Source: Candidatus Hydrogenedentota bacterium (GTDB lineage Bacteria; Hydrogenedentota; Hydrogenedentia; Hydrogenedentales; SLHB01). Taken from it: a stretch of 24,177 nucleotides of DNA. The stretch is taken from assembly GCA_029974275.1 (NCBI GenBank), contig JARKSN010000224.1:1-24177 (forward strand). The letters run 5' to 3'. Positions 15,502 to 24,177 of this stretch are shown here, one piece after another. Every line of letters begins with the position of its first letter. Position 1 is the first letter of the stretch. A program made the position numbers and the translations under genes. The notes beneath the pieces were generated by a model. It was given only the letters and a program-made list of their open reading frames with translations, did not search any database and had not been told where the DNA came from.

Positions 15502-16176
15502 ATGGCTGCCGCTCGGATATTGCTAGTGGATGACAATCCCGTGAACCTGAGCGTTCTGCGGGCGATGCTGGGGCGGGAAGACTACGAGTTGATCGGCGCG
15601 ACATCGGGTCAATCCGCGCAAGACCTTGTTGAGGCCAACCCTAACTTCGATCTGATTCTGTTGGATGTCGCCATGCCCGACATTAACGGCATCGAGGTTT
15701 GCCGGCAGCTCCGCAACAACCCTGCCACCGAACATATCCCCATCGTGTTATTATCGGCTGTGCGCAAGGATGACGAGAGCATCTCGCAGGGGCTTGCGGC
15801 CGGGGCGGATGGATATCTGACGAAGCCCATCGACGAATGCGAGTTGCGCACCTGGGTGAAGGCGACGCTGCGCATCAGCGCGCTCGAACGGAAAGTGGCC
15901 TTGTTTTCCGCCAACGATGCGCAAAGCAAATACGAGGACTTCATTGCCCAGGTTTCACAGCTTTCCCATCCCGTGAACAACGCGCTGCAAGCCGTGTGCG
16001 CGAATGCCGAACTGCTCGCGCTGCAGCTGGAAAATTCCGAACGCGGCAAGACCCTGGTCTCGGAAATTGTGGCCCAAGTGGAAAAAGCGGCCACCTTGGT
16101 GACGCAGACGAGCGTGATGGCGCGCCAGGTCGCTGTGCGCCGTTCCGACAAAGAGCGCCGCACGACGAAGGGATAG
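15502..16176 (+). CDS. Response regulator receiver domain with C-terminal HisKA-like helices
   Basis: AGGAGG RBS. ILLVDD, LLDVAMP, LLSA and YLTKP receiver motifs. C-terminal LSHPVNNALQAV resembles an H-box. Confidence 0.85.
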   Translation: MAAARILLVDDNPVNLSVLRAMLGREDYELIGATSGQSAQDLVEANPNFDLILLDVAMPDINGIEVCRQLRNNPATEHIPIVLLSAVRKDDESISQGLAAGADGYLTKPIDECELRTWVKATLRISALERKVALFSANDAQSKYEDFIAQVSQLSHPVNNALQAVCANAELLALQLENSERGKTLVSEIVAQVEKAATLVTQTSVMARQVAVRRSDKERRTTKG

Positions 16177-16280
16177 GCGCGCCGACTTTCCCCGTCGCCT
16201 TCTGCATGGGGAGGGCGTTCCGCGCGAACAAGGACGCTTCAAGCGTTTCCCAGGGGGCTGATCCAGGCAATGACAGAAAC

Positions 16281-16667
16281 ATGCTGCCATATCTTGTTCT
16301 TGATAAGGCCTTCTTCGTCTTCCACACATCCCTGATCGCGTTTAACCTCTTCGGATGGGCGTGGCAAAAGACCCGTTTGGCCAATCTCATCGCCTTGTTG
16401 GCAACCGCCTTTTCGTGGTGCGTGCTGGGATTGTGGAAGGGGATAGGGTATTGCCCCTGCACCGAATGGCATTGGCAGGTCCGTGCGCGCCTTGGTTATC
16501 ACGACATGCCCGCATCCTACCTCGTGTTTTTGATCAAGACGCTTACAGGCGAGGAAGCGAATCCGGAAACGGTCGACTTTGCCGCCGCCTCCGCTGTTCT
16601 CACGGCGCTAACCCTATCCGCAATACTCAACGCGCGCGCGTTTCTTCGGAAACAAGGGCCTGCATGA
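16281..16667 (+). CDS. DUF2784-like small membrane protein
   Basis: FFVFH..FNLFGW..SW..LG..G.GYCPCTEWHWQVR pattern with hydrophobic segments. Confidence 0.7.
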   Translation: MLPYLVLDKAFFVFHTSLIAFNLFGWAWQKTRLANLIALLATAFSWCVLGLWKGIGYCPCTEWHWQVRARLGYHDMPASYLVFLIKTLTGEEANPETVDFAAASAVLTALTLSAILNARAFLRKQGPA

Positions 16668-16693
16668 GGGCATCCGCGACCGGAGCGCGCGGC

Positions 16694-17962
16694 CTATCCT
16701 CGGTGCACGATGCGACCGTCGCACAAGGTTGCGCGAATGACGCCTCGCAGGACACGGCCCGCAAACGGAGTATTGCGGCTAAGCGAGGCGAATTGGGCCG
16801 GATCGACGGTCCATTCGGCGTGTGGATCGAACACGGCAATGTCGGCGGGGCCGCCTTCGCGCAAAGCGCCGGCGGGCAGGCCGAGTATCTCCGCGGGCCG
16901 ACGCGTCATGAGATCGACGGCCTTTTCGATGGAAATCAATCCCGGCTCCACCAGTTCGGTGATTGTGATCGCCAAGGCCGTTTCAAGACCGACGATGCCG
17001 AAGGGGGCCAACTGCACCTCGACGTCTTTCTCGGCGGGCGTATGCGGGGCATGGTCCGTGGCGATGCAGTCGATGACGCCGTCCTGCAACGCGGCCTTGA
17101 TCGCGGCTGCATCCTGCGCTTCTCGCAACGGCGGATTCATCTTTGCGTTGCTGCCGTATAGGGCGACGGCCTCATCGGTCAACGTCCAATAGTGCGGCGC
17201 CGTCTCGCAGGTGACATGCACGCCTTCGTCCTTCGCGCGGCGTATGATCTCGACGCTGCCCGCCGTGCTGACATGGCAGATATGCGCCTTGGCCTTGGCC
17301 AACCGCGCGAGCCGCACGACGCGATCCACGGCGATCTCCTCCATCTCGCGCGGCATGCCGGGCAAGCCCAGACGGGTCGACGTGCATCCCTCGTTCATCG
17401 CGCCGCCTTCCATGAGCGAAGCGTCCTCGGCGTGTGCGAGATAGGTCAATCCCACCATCGACGCATACTCCATGCAACGGCGCATCACCCAACTGCTGGC
17501 GATATCCGATCCGTCGTCCGTCACGGCCACCGCGCCAACGGCCTTCAATTCGGCCATTTCTGTCATCTCCTGGCCGGCACGCTGCTTCGTGGCGCAGGCC
17601 GACGGCCATATTTTGATGCACGCGGTCTCGCGGGCGCGGCGGTTGACGAACTCGACCATGCCGGCGTTGTCGATGGGCGGGCTGGTGTTGGGCATGGGCA
17701 CGATCGATGTGAATCCGCCGCGAGCCGCCGCACGGCTGCCGCTGGCGATGGTTTCCTTCGACTCGTAGCCGGGTTCGCGCAGATGGACGTGGATGTCGAC
17801 CAAACCCGGACACACGATGCAGCCGGACGCATCGAAAACCTCGTCGCCGCGCAGATTTTTCGCTATCTTTACGACGGCGCCGCCATCGACCAAAACATCC
17901 ATCGGCTTTGAGAGCCCTGTCGTAGGGTCGATGACATGCCCGTTCGCTATGACAATGCTCAT
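16694..17962 (-). CDS. pyrC: Dihydroorotase (type I)
   Basis: PGLVDIHVHLREPG, GGFT..MPNT, AHAED, HICHVST, ETAPHY, KMNPPLR, IATDHAPH and SLSRNTPF. ATG 17962 (alternative GTG 17974). Confidence 0.93.
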   Translation of the reverse strand: MSIVIANGHVIDPTTGLSKPMDVLVDGGAVVKIAKNLRGDEVFDASGCIVCPGLVDIHVHLREPGYESKETIASGSRAAARGGFTSIVPMPNTSPPIDNAGMVEFVNRRARETACIKIWPSACATKQRAGQEMTEMAELKAVGAVAVTDDGSDIASSWVMRRCMEYASMVGLTYLAHAEDASLMEGGAMNEGCTSTRLGLPGMPREMEEIAVDRVVRLARLAKAKAHICHVSTAGSVEIIRRAKDEGVHVTCETAPHYWTLTDEAVALYGSNAKMNPPLREAQDAAAIKAALQDGVIDCIATDHAPHTPAEKDVEVQLAPFGIVGLETALAITITELVEPGLISIEKAVDLMTRRPAEILGLPAGALREGGPADIAVFDPHAEWTVDPAQFASLSRNTPFAGRVLRGVIRATLCDGRIVHRG

Positions 17963-18110
17963 GTTTCTAGACACCCCCTGCTATGCGCCACCCCAATGAA
18001 CTGTCCGCATTCGCACATGCCGTTCGTTTTGTGCCGGCACCAGCATACGCATTGCCGCTCCCCGCTGCAACGGGCTGACGAGGAATGCTCGTGCAAGGCT
18101 TGACGCTCGT

Positions 18111-19994
18111 TCACTTCGCGCTGATGCGCACCGGAAAAGCATTTGCCGCGGGAAGTTTCCGGCGGGCTCGATCGAGCACTTGGCCAAAAGCGGCCACCGC
18201 CGCTATGGCCCCGAGCAACTGCGTGCGATCGCGTCCGGCCAAATGCTCGGCCCATATTTTCCGGCAAAATCGCGCATGCAACGCCTCTTGCGTTGCCGCG
18301 TTGGGCGTATGAACGAGCGCATCCATCCAGGTTTTCAGGGGACCGCGCAGCCACACGGCGAAATCCACCGGAGACTGATACCGCGTGATGCGAGGCCAGC
18401 CCAAACGTCTATCGAGAAGACGGCACCCCTTCAGAAACGCTTTGGCCCCGATGCCCGCCCACCCCGGCGCGCCGGCGGGCAGCAAGGTGCGCTGGCACCG
18501 AATGCGCAGCGCCTCGGGAAAGGTCGTTCGCATCATCGCCAAGTAAGCGCGATGCTCCTTGCGCAAGGAAGCGGGAATTCCCGTGATGAGATCAAGCAAA
18601 TCATAATCGAAAAATCCGGCCGCAGACTCGACGTCGGTGCGGAGCAACACCGCGCCCATCGCCGTGACGCGCCGCTGACGCGATTCGAGATAAAACCGAT
18701 CCACGCGGTCCGGCGTGGACGGCGCATCCGTTTCGGCGATCAATCGGGCATACAACGCGCGCGGGCGGAGGCCCCCTTCGAGTTCCTCGTAGTGCGACAG
18801 GGCCTCGGAAAGTTCGTCTTCCCGCAGCCCCGTATTGCGCCATGCGAACAGAAGATCGGCCAGCGCATCCGTGGGCATTTCGCGCATCCACCTCGACCGC
18901 AAATACGATCCTCCAAGCAGCACCCCGGCGGCATAGCCGTTGAGCGTTACGTCCGCGTGCGGCGCAACGAGATGTGCATGAGCCGCCATATGGCAGTCGA
19001 AGTAGTTATTGAGCCCCTCCACGACGCGGGCGCATTCTTCGCAATGCGACGCAAACTGGAGATACGCGTAGTCGAAACCGTGGTGTTCGGTTCCGTACAG
19101 CGCGGCGACATCGCGCGCGAAACGTCCGTCGTATGCGCCCGGCTTGGTCCAGGTAAAAGTATGCAACGAAGTCCCCAGGCGACTCGCCGCCGCAACCAGG
19201 CAGCGCGAATCGAGACCGCCGCTCAACGTGATGCCGATGCGACGCCCTGTTTTTGCCTGACGCCGGACTGCCCGGACGAGCCCTTCGCCGAGGCGCTTCC
19301 CGATCTCGGCCAAAGGCGTTCCGGCAAGACGCGGCGCGTAGTCATACCGCCAATGCCGCTTCCACAAAGGCTTTCCCGAACGCAGCGTCAAAACGGTTGC
19401 CTGCGGAAACGCCTCAACTCCCGCCACGAGCGTCGTCTCTCCCCAATAATCGTCCGTGGTGAAGAGTTGAGCCAGACCGGCCGTGTTCCACGCGCCATTG
19501 GAGGCGTTCGCCAACACCGAATGCGCCACCCGGCTTCCCAGGCAAAAGACGCCGTCGGTTTGCGCCCAGTACATGGGATACAACCCATACCGATCATTGC
19601 CCGCAACCAACGTGTCGGCTTCCTCGTCCCACAGAAAAAAGAAAAACGCCCCGTTCAAAAACGGAAGCGCCTGCACGAGTTCATCCGCGCGCCACAGCGA
19701 AGCGATCGTTTCAATATCCGTCGTGACATCCGGACGCGCCTTCCTAAAAGCTTCCAGAAAATCGCATTCGTGGAGTTCTCCCTCCATAACGCCCCACAGA
19801 CGCGTTTGCGGCAGATAGCGCGGCATGACGCCCTGGTTGAGCTTGTCTCGCGTCGTTAAACCCATGAGCGCCGGGCCCGAAACGGCATAGTGATTGACCG
19901 CCTCGCCGCCCTGCGCGAGTTGCGCGGATAGCAACCGGGCGCATGCAACGGGATCGCCTTGCCTTTCGGAGCGGACAAAATACATGCCGCTCAT
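18111..19994 (-). CDS. Asparagine synthetase B-like protein
   Basis: ATG 19994 overlaps the upstream stop (ATGA). LNGAF, NDRYGLYPMY, PP-loop LSGGLDSR and FFDYDL motifs. Confidence 0.8.
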   Translation of the reverse strand: MSGMYFVRSERQGDPVACARLLSAQLAQGGEAVNHYAVSGPALMGLTTRDKLNQGVMPRYLPQTRLWGVMEGELHECDFLEAFRKARPDVTTDIETIASLWRADELVQALPFLNGAFFFFLWDEEADTLVAGNDRYGLYPMYWAQTDGVFCLGSRVAHSVLANASNGAWNTAGLAQLFTTDDYWGETTLVAGVEAFPQATVLTLRSGKPLWKRHWRYDYAPRLAGTPLAEIGKRLGEGLVRAVRRQAKTGRRIGITLSGGLDSRCLVAAASRLGTSLHTFTWTKPGAYDGRFARDVAALYGTEHHGFDYAYLQFASHCEECARVVEGLNNYFDCHMAAHAHLVAPHADVTLNGYAAGVLLGGSYLRSRWMREMPTDALADLLFAWRNTGLREDELSEALSHYEELEGGLRPRALYARLIAETDAPSTPDRVDRFYLESRQRRVTAMGAVLLRTDVESAAGFFDYDLLDLITGIPASLRKEHRAYLAMMRTTFPEALRIRCQRTLLPAGAPGWAGIGAKAFLKGCRLLDRRLGWPRITRYQSPVDFAVWLRGPLKTWMDALVHTPNAATQEALHARFCRKIWAEHLAGRDRTQLLGAIAAVAAFGQVLDRARRKLPAANAFPVRISAK

Positions 19995-20995
19995 AACGTG
20001 CCGCCTCTCGCCAGCCGCGGCAGCCGAGCCGCCAGCCACTTCAATTCGCCCCATGCAATAGGAATTTTGCAAAAATACGTGTGGCAGGCATAGATGGCCG
20101 CTACGGCGTTCGAGCATCCCTTGCGGCGGGTGTGCAAAAACTTGCGCAACAGCACGCCGGCCGCCGCCCCAACAACGAAGGCGCGGAGCAGCGTTCCTCC
20201 CCCCGCGATCATGCATGCCAGCGCGATCCATGCGCCCAGCCACGCAAGATTCCTCAGGCTCTCGCGCATCCACAAACGCTCCTTGCCCCGCCGGCAGCGC
20301 GCGGCGATCTCGGCATACGTCATGCCGCAGCGAACATTGCGGCGCCAATAGTCCCGCACGCCGCTGAAGCCAAGATCGTGATGCGCCATCAGGCGATGGA
20401 GCTGATAGATGCGCAAGCCCAACTCGTTGCGCAAGCGCCAGCAAAGATACGGCTCCTCGCCGTACGCGACATCCTCGGGAAAGCCTCCCATGCGTTCCAG
20501 CGCTGACTTCCGGTACATGGCCGCGCCGCCGCAATGCCGGATATAGCCCTCGCGAGGCGCCCAATCCATCTGCAACGCGCGAAACAGCCGGCTTGGATTC
20601 GCTTCATGGATATGGCCGCACACCGCAGCGCATTCAGCATGATTGTGGAGAAACGCAACGGCGGCCAGCGGCCAGTCTGGGGCGATCGTCATGTCGCCGT
20701 CGACAAATTGAACGTATTCTCCCCGCGCGTGCATCAACCCGAGATTCCGGTTCTCGGCCGCGCGACGGCGCTTGTCGCCGCCCAGGATGCGGTCCGTCGC
20801 GGCGCTGCGCGCTATCGCGACGCTATCGTCCGTCGAACCGCCGTCAACATAGATAAGCTCATGGGTGACATCGCGAAGATCGGCGTCGCGGCACGAGTCC
20901 AACGAAGCGCGCAGCGTGGGGCCTTCGTTGAAGCCAATGACGACGAACGTCACGTCGACGCGATCGTCATCCCCCGGAAAAGCGTTATCCCCCAT
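19991..20995 (-). CDS. Glycosyltransferase family 2
   Basis: VVIGFNE, YVDGGSTDDS, RNLG, FVDGD (DxD), GGFPE..GEE and C-terminal hydrophobic helices. Confidence 0.9.
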   Translation of the reverse strand: MGDNAFPGDDDRVDVTFVVIGFNEGPTLRASLDSCRDADLRDVTHELIYVDGGSTDDSVAIARSAATDRILGGDKRRRAAENRNLGLMHARGEYVQFVDGDMTIAPDWPLAAVAFLHNHAECAAVCGHIHEANPSRLFRALQMDWAPREGYIRHCGGAAMYRKSALERMGGFPEDVAYGEEPYLCWRLRNELGLRIYQLHRLMAHHDLGFSGVRDYWRRNVRCGMTYAEIAARCRRGKERLWMRESLRNLAWLGAWIALACMIAGGGTLLRAFVVGAAAGVLLRKFLHTRRKGCSNAVAAIYACHTYFCKIPIAWGELKWLAARLPRLARGGTL

Positions 20996-21002
20996 CGGCC
21001 CC

Positions 21003-21968
21003 TCAGTCCAGCTTAGGCGCTAAAAAGCCAAGACGAAGCCGCCGCAACTGCCAGTGATGCAAATGCCGGCGAAAGCGGCGATCGTCATACCGGGGCCGGC
21101 CCTGTAACATGCCCCAAAAATACCCCGCAATGATGAGCAGGCCGCCGATGACAAAAGGACGCTCGTGCATGCGGTAAACGCCTGTCGCGAAGATGTAGAG
21201 CGGGTGCGTGCCCATGAACCATTGTCCCAACCCCCACCGAAGCCGGCCATGATACACGCTCTTGTGCGACGAACCCATCAGGCGATAATGCAGGATGCGC
21301 AAATTCTCGTCGCGGAAACTGCGCGTTTTCCAGCCCATCATGCGTGCGCGGTGAAAATCGATGCCGTCCCACATGTTCTCTTGCACGAAACCGCCGATGG
21401 ATTCAAACGCCGTGCGCCGGTAGAACTTCGCCGCGCCGCTGACCTGCTCGTCGATGATGCTCTCCTCAAAGAGCTTATCCGAGCCCAAGGACGGGTTGAA
21501 CACTTTTCCGCTCGCCGCGGCCAATCGGGGATCGGCCTCCATCTTTTTTAAAATATTCTCGAAATAATCATCCCCAAACGTGATGTCCGCATCGAGTTTG
21601 CAAATGTAATCATAGTCTTTAGGATTGATGCGGTCATACCCCGAATAGAACGCCTCGATGACTCCGCCTCCCACCTTGCGCATGCCGCGATCGGGGCGTC
21701 GCACCACCTGGAGCCACGCATAATCCTGCGCCGCCTCTTCGGCGATGGCAGCAGTCTGATCGCTCGATCCGTCATCCACCAAAATGCACACCGAAGGAGG
21801 CGCGGTCTGTCTTGCCAGACAATCGAGCGTTCGCCGCACGAAACGCTCCTCGTTGCGAGCGGGCATAATCACGGCATATCGCCGGCCTGCCAAAACCTCA
21901 TGCATGATCACGGGCCTGACGTTCTCCAGAAAAGCGTCTTGTACGGCGTATCCTATTCCCTGTGACAT
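21003..21968 (-). CDS. Glycosyltransferase family 2
   Basis: GGAGG RBS. IMPARNEE, VDDGSSDQT, KLDAD and IGGF..WDGID. Confidence 0.9.
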   Translation of the reverse strand: MSQGIGYAVQDAFLENVRPVIMHEVLAGRRYAVIMPARNEERFVRRTLDCLARQTAPPSVCILVDDGSSDQTAAIAEEAAQDYAWLQVVRRPDRGMRKVGGGVIEAFYSGYDRINPKDYDYICKLDADITFGDDYFENILKKMEADPRLAAASGKVFNPSLGSDKLFEESIIDEQVSGAAKFYRRTAFESIGGFVQENMWDGIDFHRARMMGWKTRSFRDENLRILHYRLMGSSHKSVYHGRLRWGLGQWFMGTHPLYIFATGVYRMHERPFVIGGLLIIAGYFWGMLQGRPRYDDRRFRRHLHHWQLRRLRLGFLAPKLD

Positions 21969-22083
21969 GACGCGCCTCCGTGATCATAACAGCACCTGCG
22001 TTCAGAAAAAAAGGGCACACCCCGCCTTTTTTCTCTTTGGATAACGCCGAACCTGCTTCGTTTATGCCGGAACATCCCGCCGT

Positions 22084-22974
22084 TCATCTCTTCTCGACTC
22101 GCTCCGGAGGCGCATCGCCGCGCCTCCATGCGTCCGCCACGCGCATCGCCACGTCCGGACGATTCGTGATGAGCCCATCCACGCCAAGCCGGAGGCACGT
22201 CATCATTTCGTCCGGCGCATCCACGGTCCAGCAAGAAACCCGCCACCCAAGACGGCGCACCGCCTCCATGCGCCCAGCATCTATCGAATTCCAATGAACG
22301 TTAAAGTCTCGTATCCCGATTGCGCCGCCCCAAAACAGGAAATCTTCCCATGCGGAAGAACGGTTCGAAAGGTCATGCGCCAAAAGCGCCCGGGCAATTT
22401 GCGGCGCTTCTGCCGCTGCAATGACCCCGGGAATCGGCGAAAAACTCTGCAACGTGACCCAATCTTGCATCCCGGTTCCGCACACGGCGCGAATGACTTT
22501 TCGCGTCAACGCAAGATCGGGCGTGCCGCTGTGCGCGATCAAGCGCATCGCCTCGCTCCGCGCGCGGGACGGATCGTCATGTCGGAGAAATATTTTTTGG
22601 ATGGCCTCGCGGAGTTCGTTGCCGAGGTCGTCCATCGATTTTATCTCGATCAGCACCCGGAGGCGGTTGCGGGCGAAATCCAGGACTTCTTCCAGGACGG
22701 GAACACGTTCGCCGGCGTGCCTGGGATCCTTCCAGGCGCCTGCGTCAAGGTTCTTCAATTCGGCGAGCGACAAAGCGCGCACAAGCCCTGCCCCGTTCGT
22801 TGTGCGATCGACCGCAAGATCATGCATCACGATCGCGTGCCCGTCGCGACTTAGCGAGCAATCCAATTCGATCCAGGGCGCTCCCATTTCCGCCGCCAGA
22901 CGAAATGCCGCCAATGTGTTTTCGGGGGCATAGGCGCTGGCGCCGCGATGGGCAATCACCGTCGCCCCGCTCAT
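22084..22974 (-). CDS. Glycerophosphodiester phosphodiesterase family protein
   Basis: IAHRGAS, PENTLAAF, IELD, HD..DRTT, IEIK, WTVD and GLITNRPD. Confidence 0.92.
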   Translation of the reverse strand: MSGATVIAHRGASAYAPENTLAAFRLAAEMGAPWIELDCSLSRDGHAIVMHDLAVDRTTNGAGLVRALSLAELKNLDAGAWKDPRHAGERVPVLEEVLDFARNRLRVLIEIKSMDDLGNELREAIQKIFLRHDDPSRARSEAMRLIAHSGTPDLALTRKVIRAVCGTGMQDWVTLQSFSPIPGVIAAAEAPQIARALLAHDLSNRSSAWEDFLFWGGAIGIRDFNVHWNSIDAGRMEAVRRLGWRVSCWTVDAPDEMMTCLRLGVDGLITNRPDVAMRVADAWRRGDAPPERVEKR

Positions 22975-22983
22975 GCCATCGCC

Positions 22984-23361
22984 TCACTCATCGCGAAAAG
23001 CGTCTTGATACATCGTCACGCGCGGCTTGCCCCGTTCGGGCATCAGCACGCTCGCGATGTCAAAACGATAGTAGAGCTTCGGGTCCTGTTGCCGCGACAG
23101 ATACCGGCGGGCCGCAGCGAGAATGTGACGTCGCTTGGCGTGCGTGACGTTTTCCTCGGGCGATGCAAACGCATCGCTGCGGCGCGTCTTCACCTCGACA
23201 AACGCCACCGTGTCGCCTCTTTGAACGATAAGATCAAGTTCGTGACGGCCCAGCCTGACGTTCCGGCCAAGAATTCGAAACCCGCGCCTTCGCAGATGCC
23301 GCGCGACAACGTCTTCCCCCCGCTGTCCAAGGGTTCGCGAAGACCGGATCCACGGCCACAT
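22984..23361 (-). CDS. yraN: YraN (UPF0102) family protein
   Basis: LGQRGE..A..L..GFRILGRN..ELDLI..FVEVKTR..RFDI. Confidence 0.9.
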   Translation of the reverse strand: MWPWIRSSRTLGQRGEDVVARHLRRRGFRILGRNVRLGRHELDLIVQRGDTVAFVEVKTRRSDAFASPEENVTHAKRRHILAAARRYLSRQQDPKLYYRFDIASVLMPERGKPRVTMYQDAFRDE

Positions 23362-24176
23362 CAGCCGTCCCCCGCTTCTCCCGCAAGAACCGCTTCCGGG
23401 CGTTGCGCATTCGACCCCTCGGCAAACAGGCGGATTTCATCAAAGGTCCCGTGCTGATGCGCGCGCAAACGGCCCATGCGGCACAGTTCCAGAATGGCAA
23501 GAAAACAGCAGACCAATTCGATGCGCGACCGGCACGATCCCAACAAGTCCGACCAGGACAAGGAGCCCTTGCTCCCGAGAACCTGCTCGATATGATCGAT
23601 CTTTTCGTCGACGCTGTGCGTCTCGCTTTCGACGGTATGAAAAAGGTCATCGGAAAAGAAACGCAGATAAGCGCGGAAAGAGGCGATGAGATCATACAGA
23701 CTCACCTCGATCATCTCCTCCTCTACGTTTTCATCCGGCTCGATCTCGGGCTTCGCGCGCCGGGCATAACGTTTTTCGCGCTCCGCCTCGAGAAACTGGA
23801 GTCGCGCCGCAATGTCACGATAACGACGGTATTCGATAAGCTTCTCGACCAACTCGATGCGCGGGTCTTCCTCGTCGAAGACCTCCTCCTCGCCCGTATC
23901 CATCTCAACCGGAAGCAGCATCTTCGACTTGATTTGAATGAGCGTGGCCGCCATCACGAGAAAATCCCCCGTGATATCGAGGCTCTCCTCGCGCATCATG
24001 TCAAGAAAACGCAGGTACTGTTCCGTGATTGTGACAACCGGAATGTCGAAAATATCGATCTCTTGAACTTTGATGAGGTACAACAACACCTCGAACGGTC
24101 CCTCGAACTGTTCGAGATGGAGCTTCAGCACTTCATCGGTGACATCGTCGACAATGATGGAGGCAGGCTCCTCTCC
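23361..24176 (-). CDS. scpA: Segregation and condensation protein A, probably 5'-truncated by the window edge
   Basis: FEGPFEVLLYLI, IDIFDIPV..ITEQYL, FLVMAATLIQIKSKMLLP, DPR.ELV and FLAILEL. Frame stays open upstream of GTG 24131 to the window end, and there is no clear RBS before that GTG. Confidence 0.9.
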   Translation of the reverse strand, partial: GEEPASIIVDDVTDEVLKLHLEQFEGPFEVLLYLIKVQEIDIFDIPVVTITEQYLRFLDMMREESLDITGDFLVMAATLIQIKSKMLLPVEMDTGEEEVFDEEDPRIELVEKLIEYRRYRDIAARLQFLEAEREKRYARRAKPEIEPDENVEEEMIEVSLYDLIASFRAYLRFFSDDLFHTVESETHSVDEKIDHIEQVLGSKGSLSWSDLLGSCRSRIELVCCFLAILELCRMGRLRAHQHGTFDEIRLFAEGSNAQRPEAVLAGEAGDG

Positions 24177-24177
24177 C

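Noticed and set aside
15837..16280. N-terminal extension of the DUF2784-like ORF
   Set aside because: It overlaps the response regulator out of frame. The recognisable protein starts at ATG 16281.
18111..19994. Lasso peptide cyclase
   Set aside because: No precursor peptide, B1 or B2 genes nearby. The neighbours are glycosyltransferases.
19995..20564. N-terminal extension making the AsnB-like ORF 817 aa
   Set aside because: It overlaps the GT2 gene in another frame. ATG 19994 with an ATGA overlap is the better start.
22004..22034. Bidirectional terminator between the phosphodiesterase and GT2 genes
   Set aside because: Only about 3 G-C pairs in the stem between A and T tracts, too weak to call.

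Overview
High-GC bacterial chromosomal window. A complete ~8.4-kb integrative element (6692-15143) sits in the 3' half of a tRNA-Val(CAC) gene and is bounded by a perfect 45-bp direct repeat. All its genes are on the + strand: tyrosine integrase, ORF6N protein, a ribbon-helix-helix (RHH)-like protein behind a near-consensus promoter, AlpA/Xis-like HTH protein, a putative replication initiator containing five palindromic iteron-like repeats and an AT-rich tract, two unknown ORFs, a cos-like site, P27-family small terminase, HK97 prohead protease, HK97-fold major capsid protein, and a separately promoted cargo gene. I could recognise no portal, large terminase, HNH, head-tail, tail, lysis, primase or helicase gene. 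It therefore looks like an unusual minimal capsid-encoding phage satellite. Left flank: partial GT-C-like membrane protein, two possible six-hairpin glycosidase-like proteins and a small Lys-rich secreted protein. Right flank: REC+HisKA-like regulator, DUF2784-like protein, pyrC, asparagine-synthetase-like protein, two GT2 enzymes, a glycerophosphodiester phosphodiesterase, YraN and ScpA. All calls come from manual motif reading; no database searches were run.
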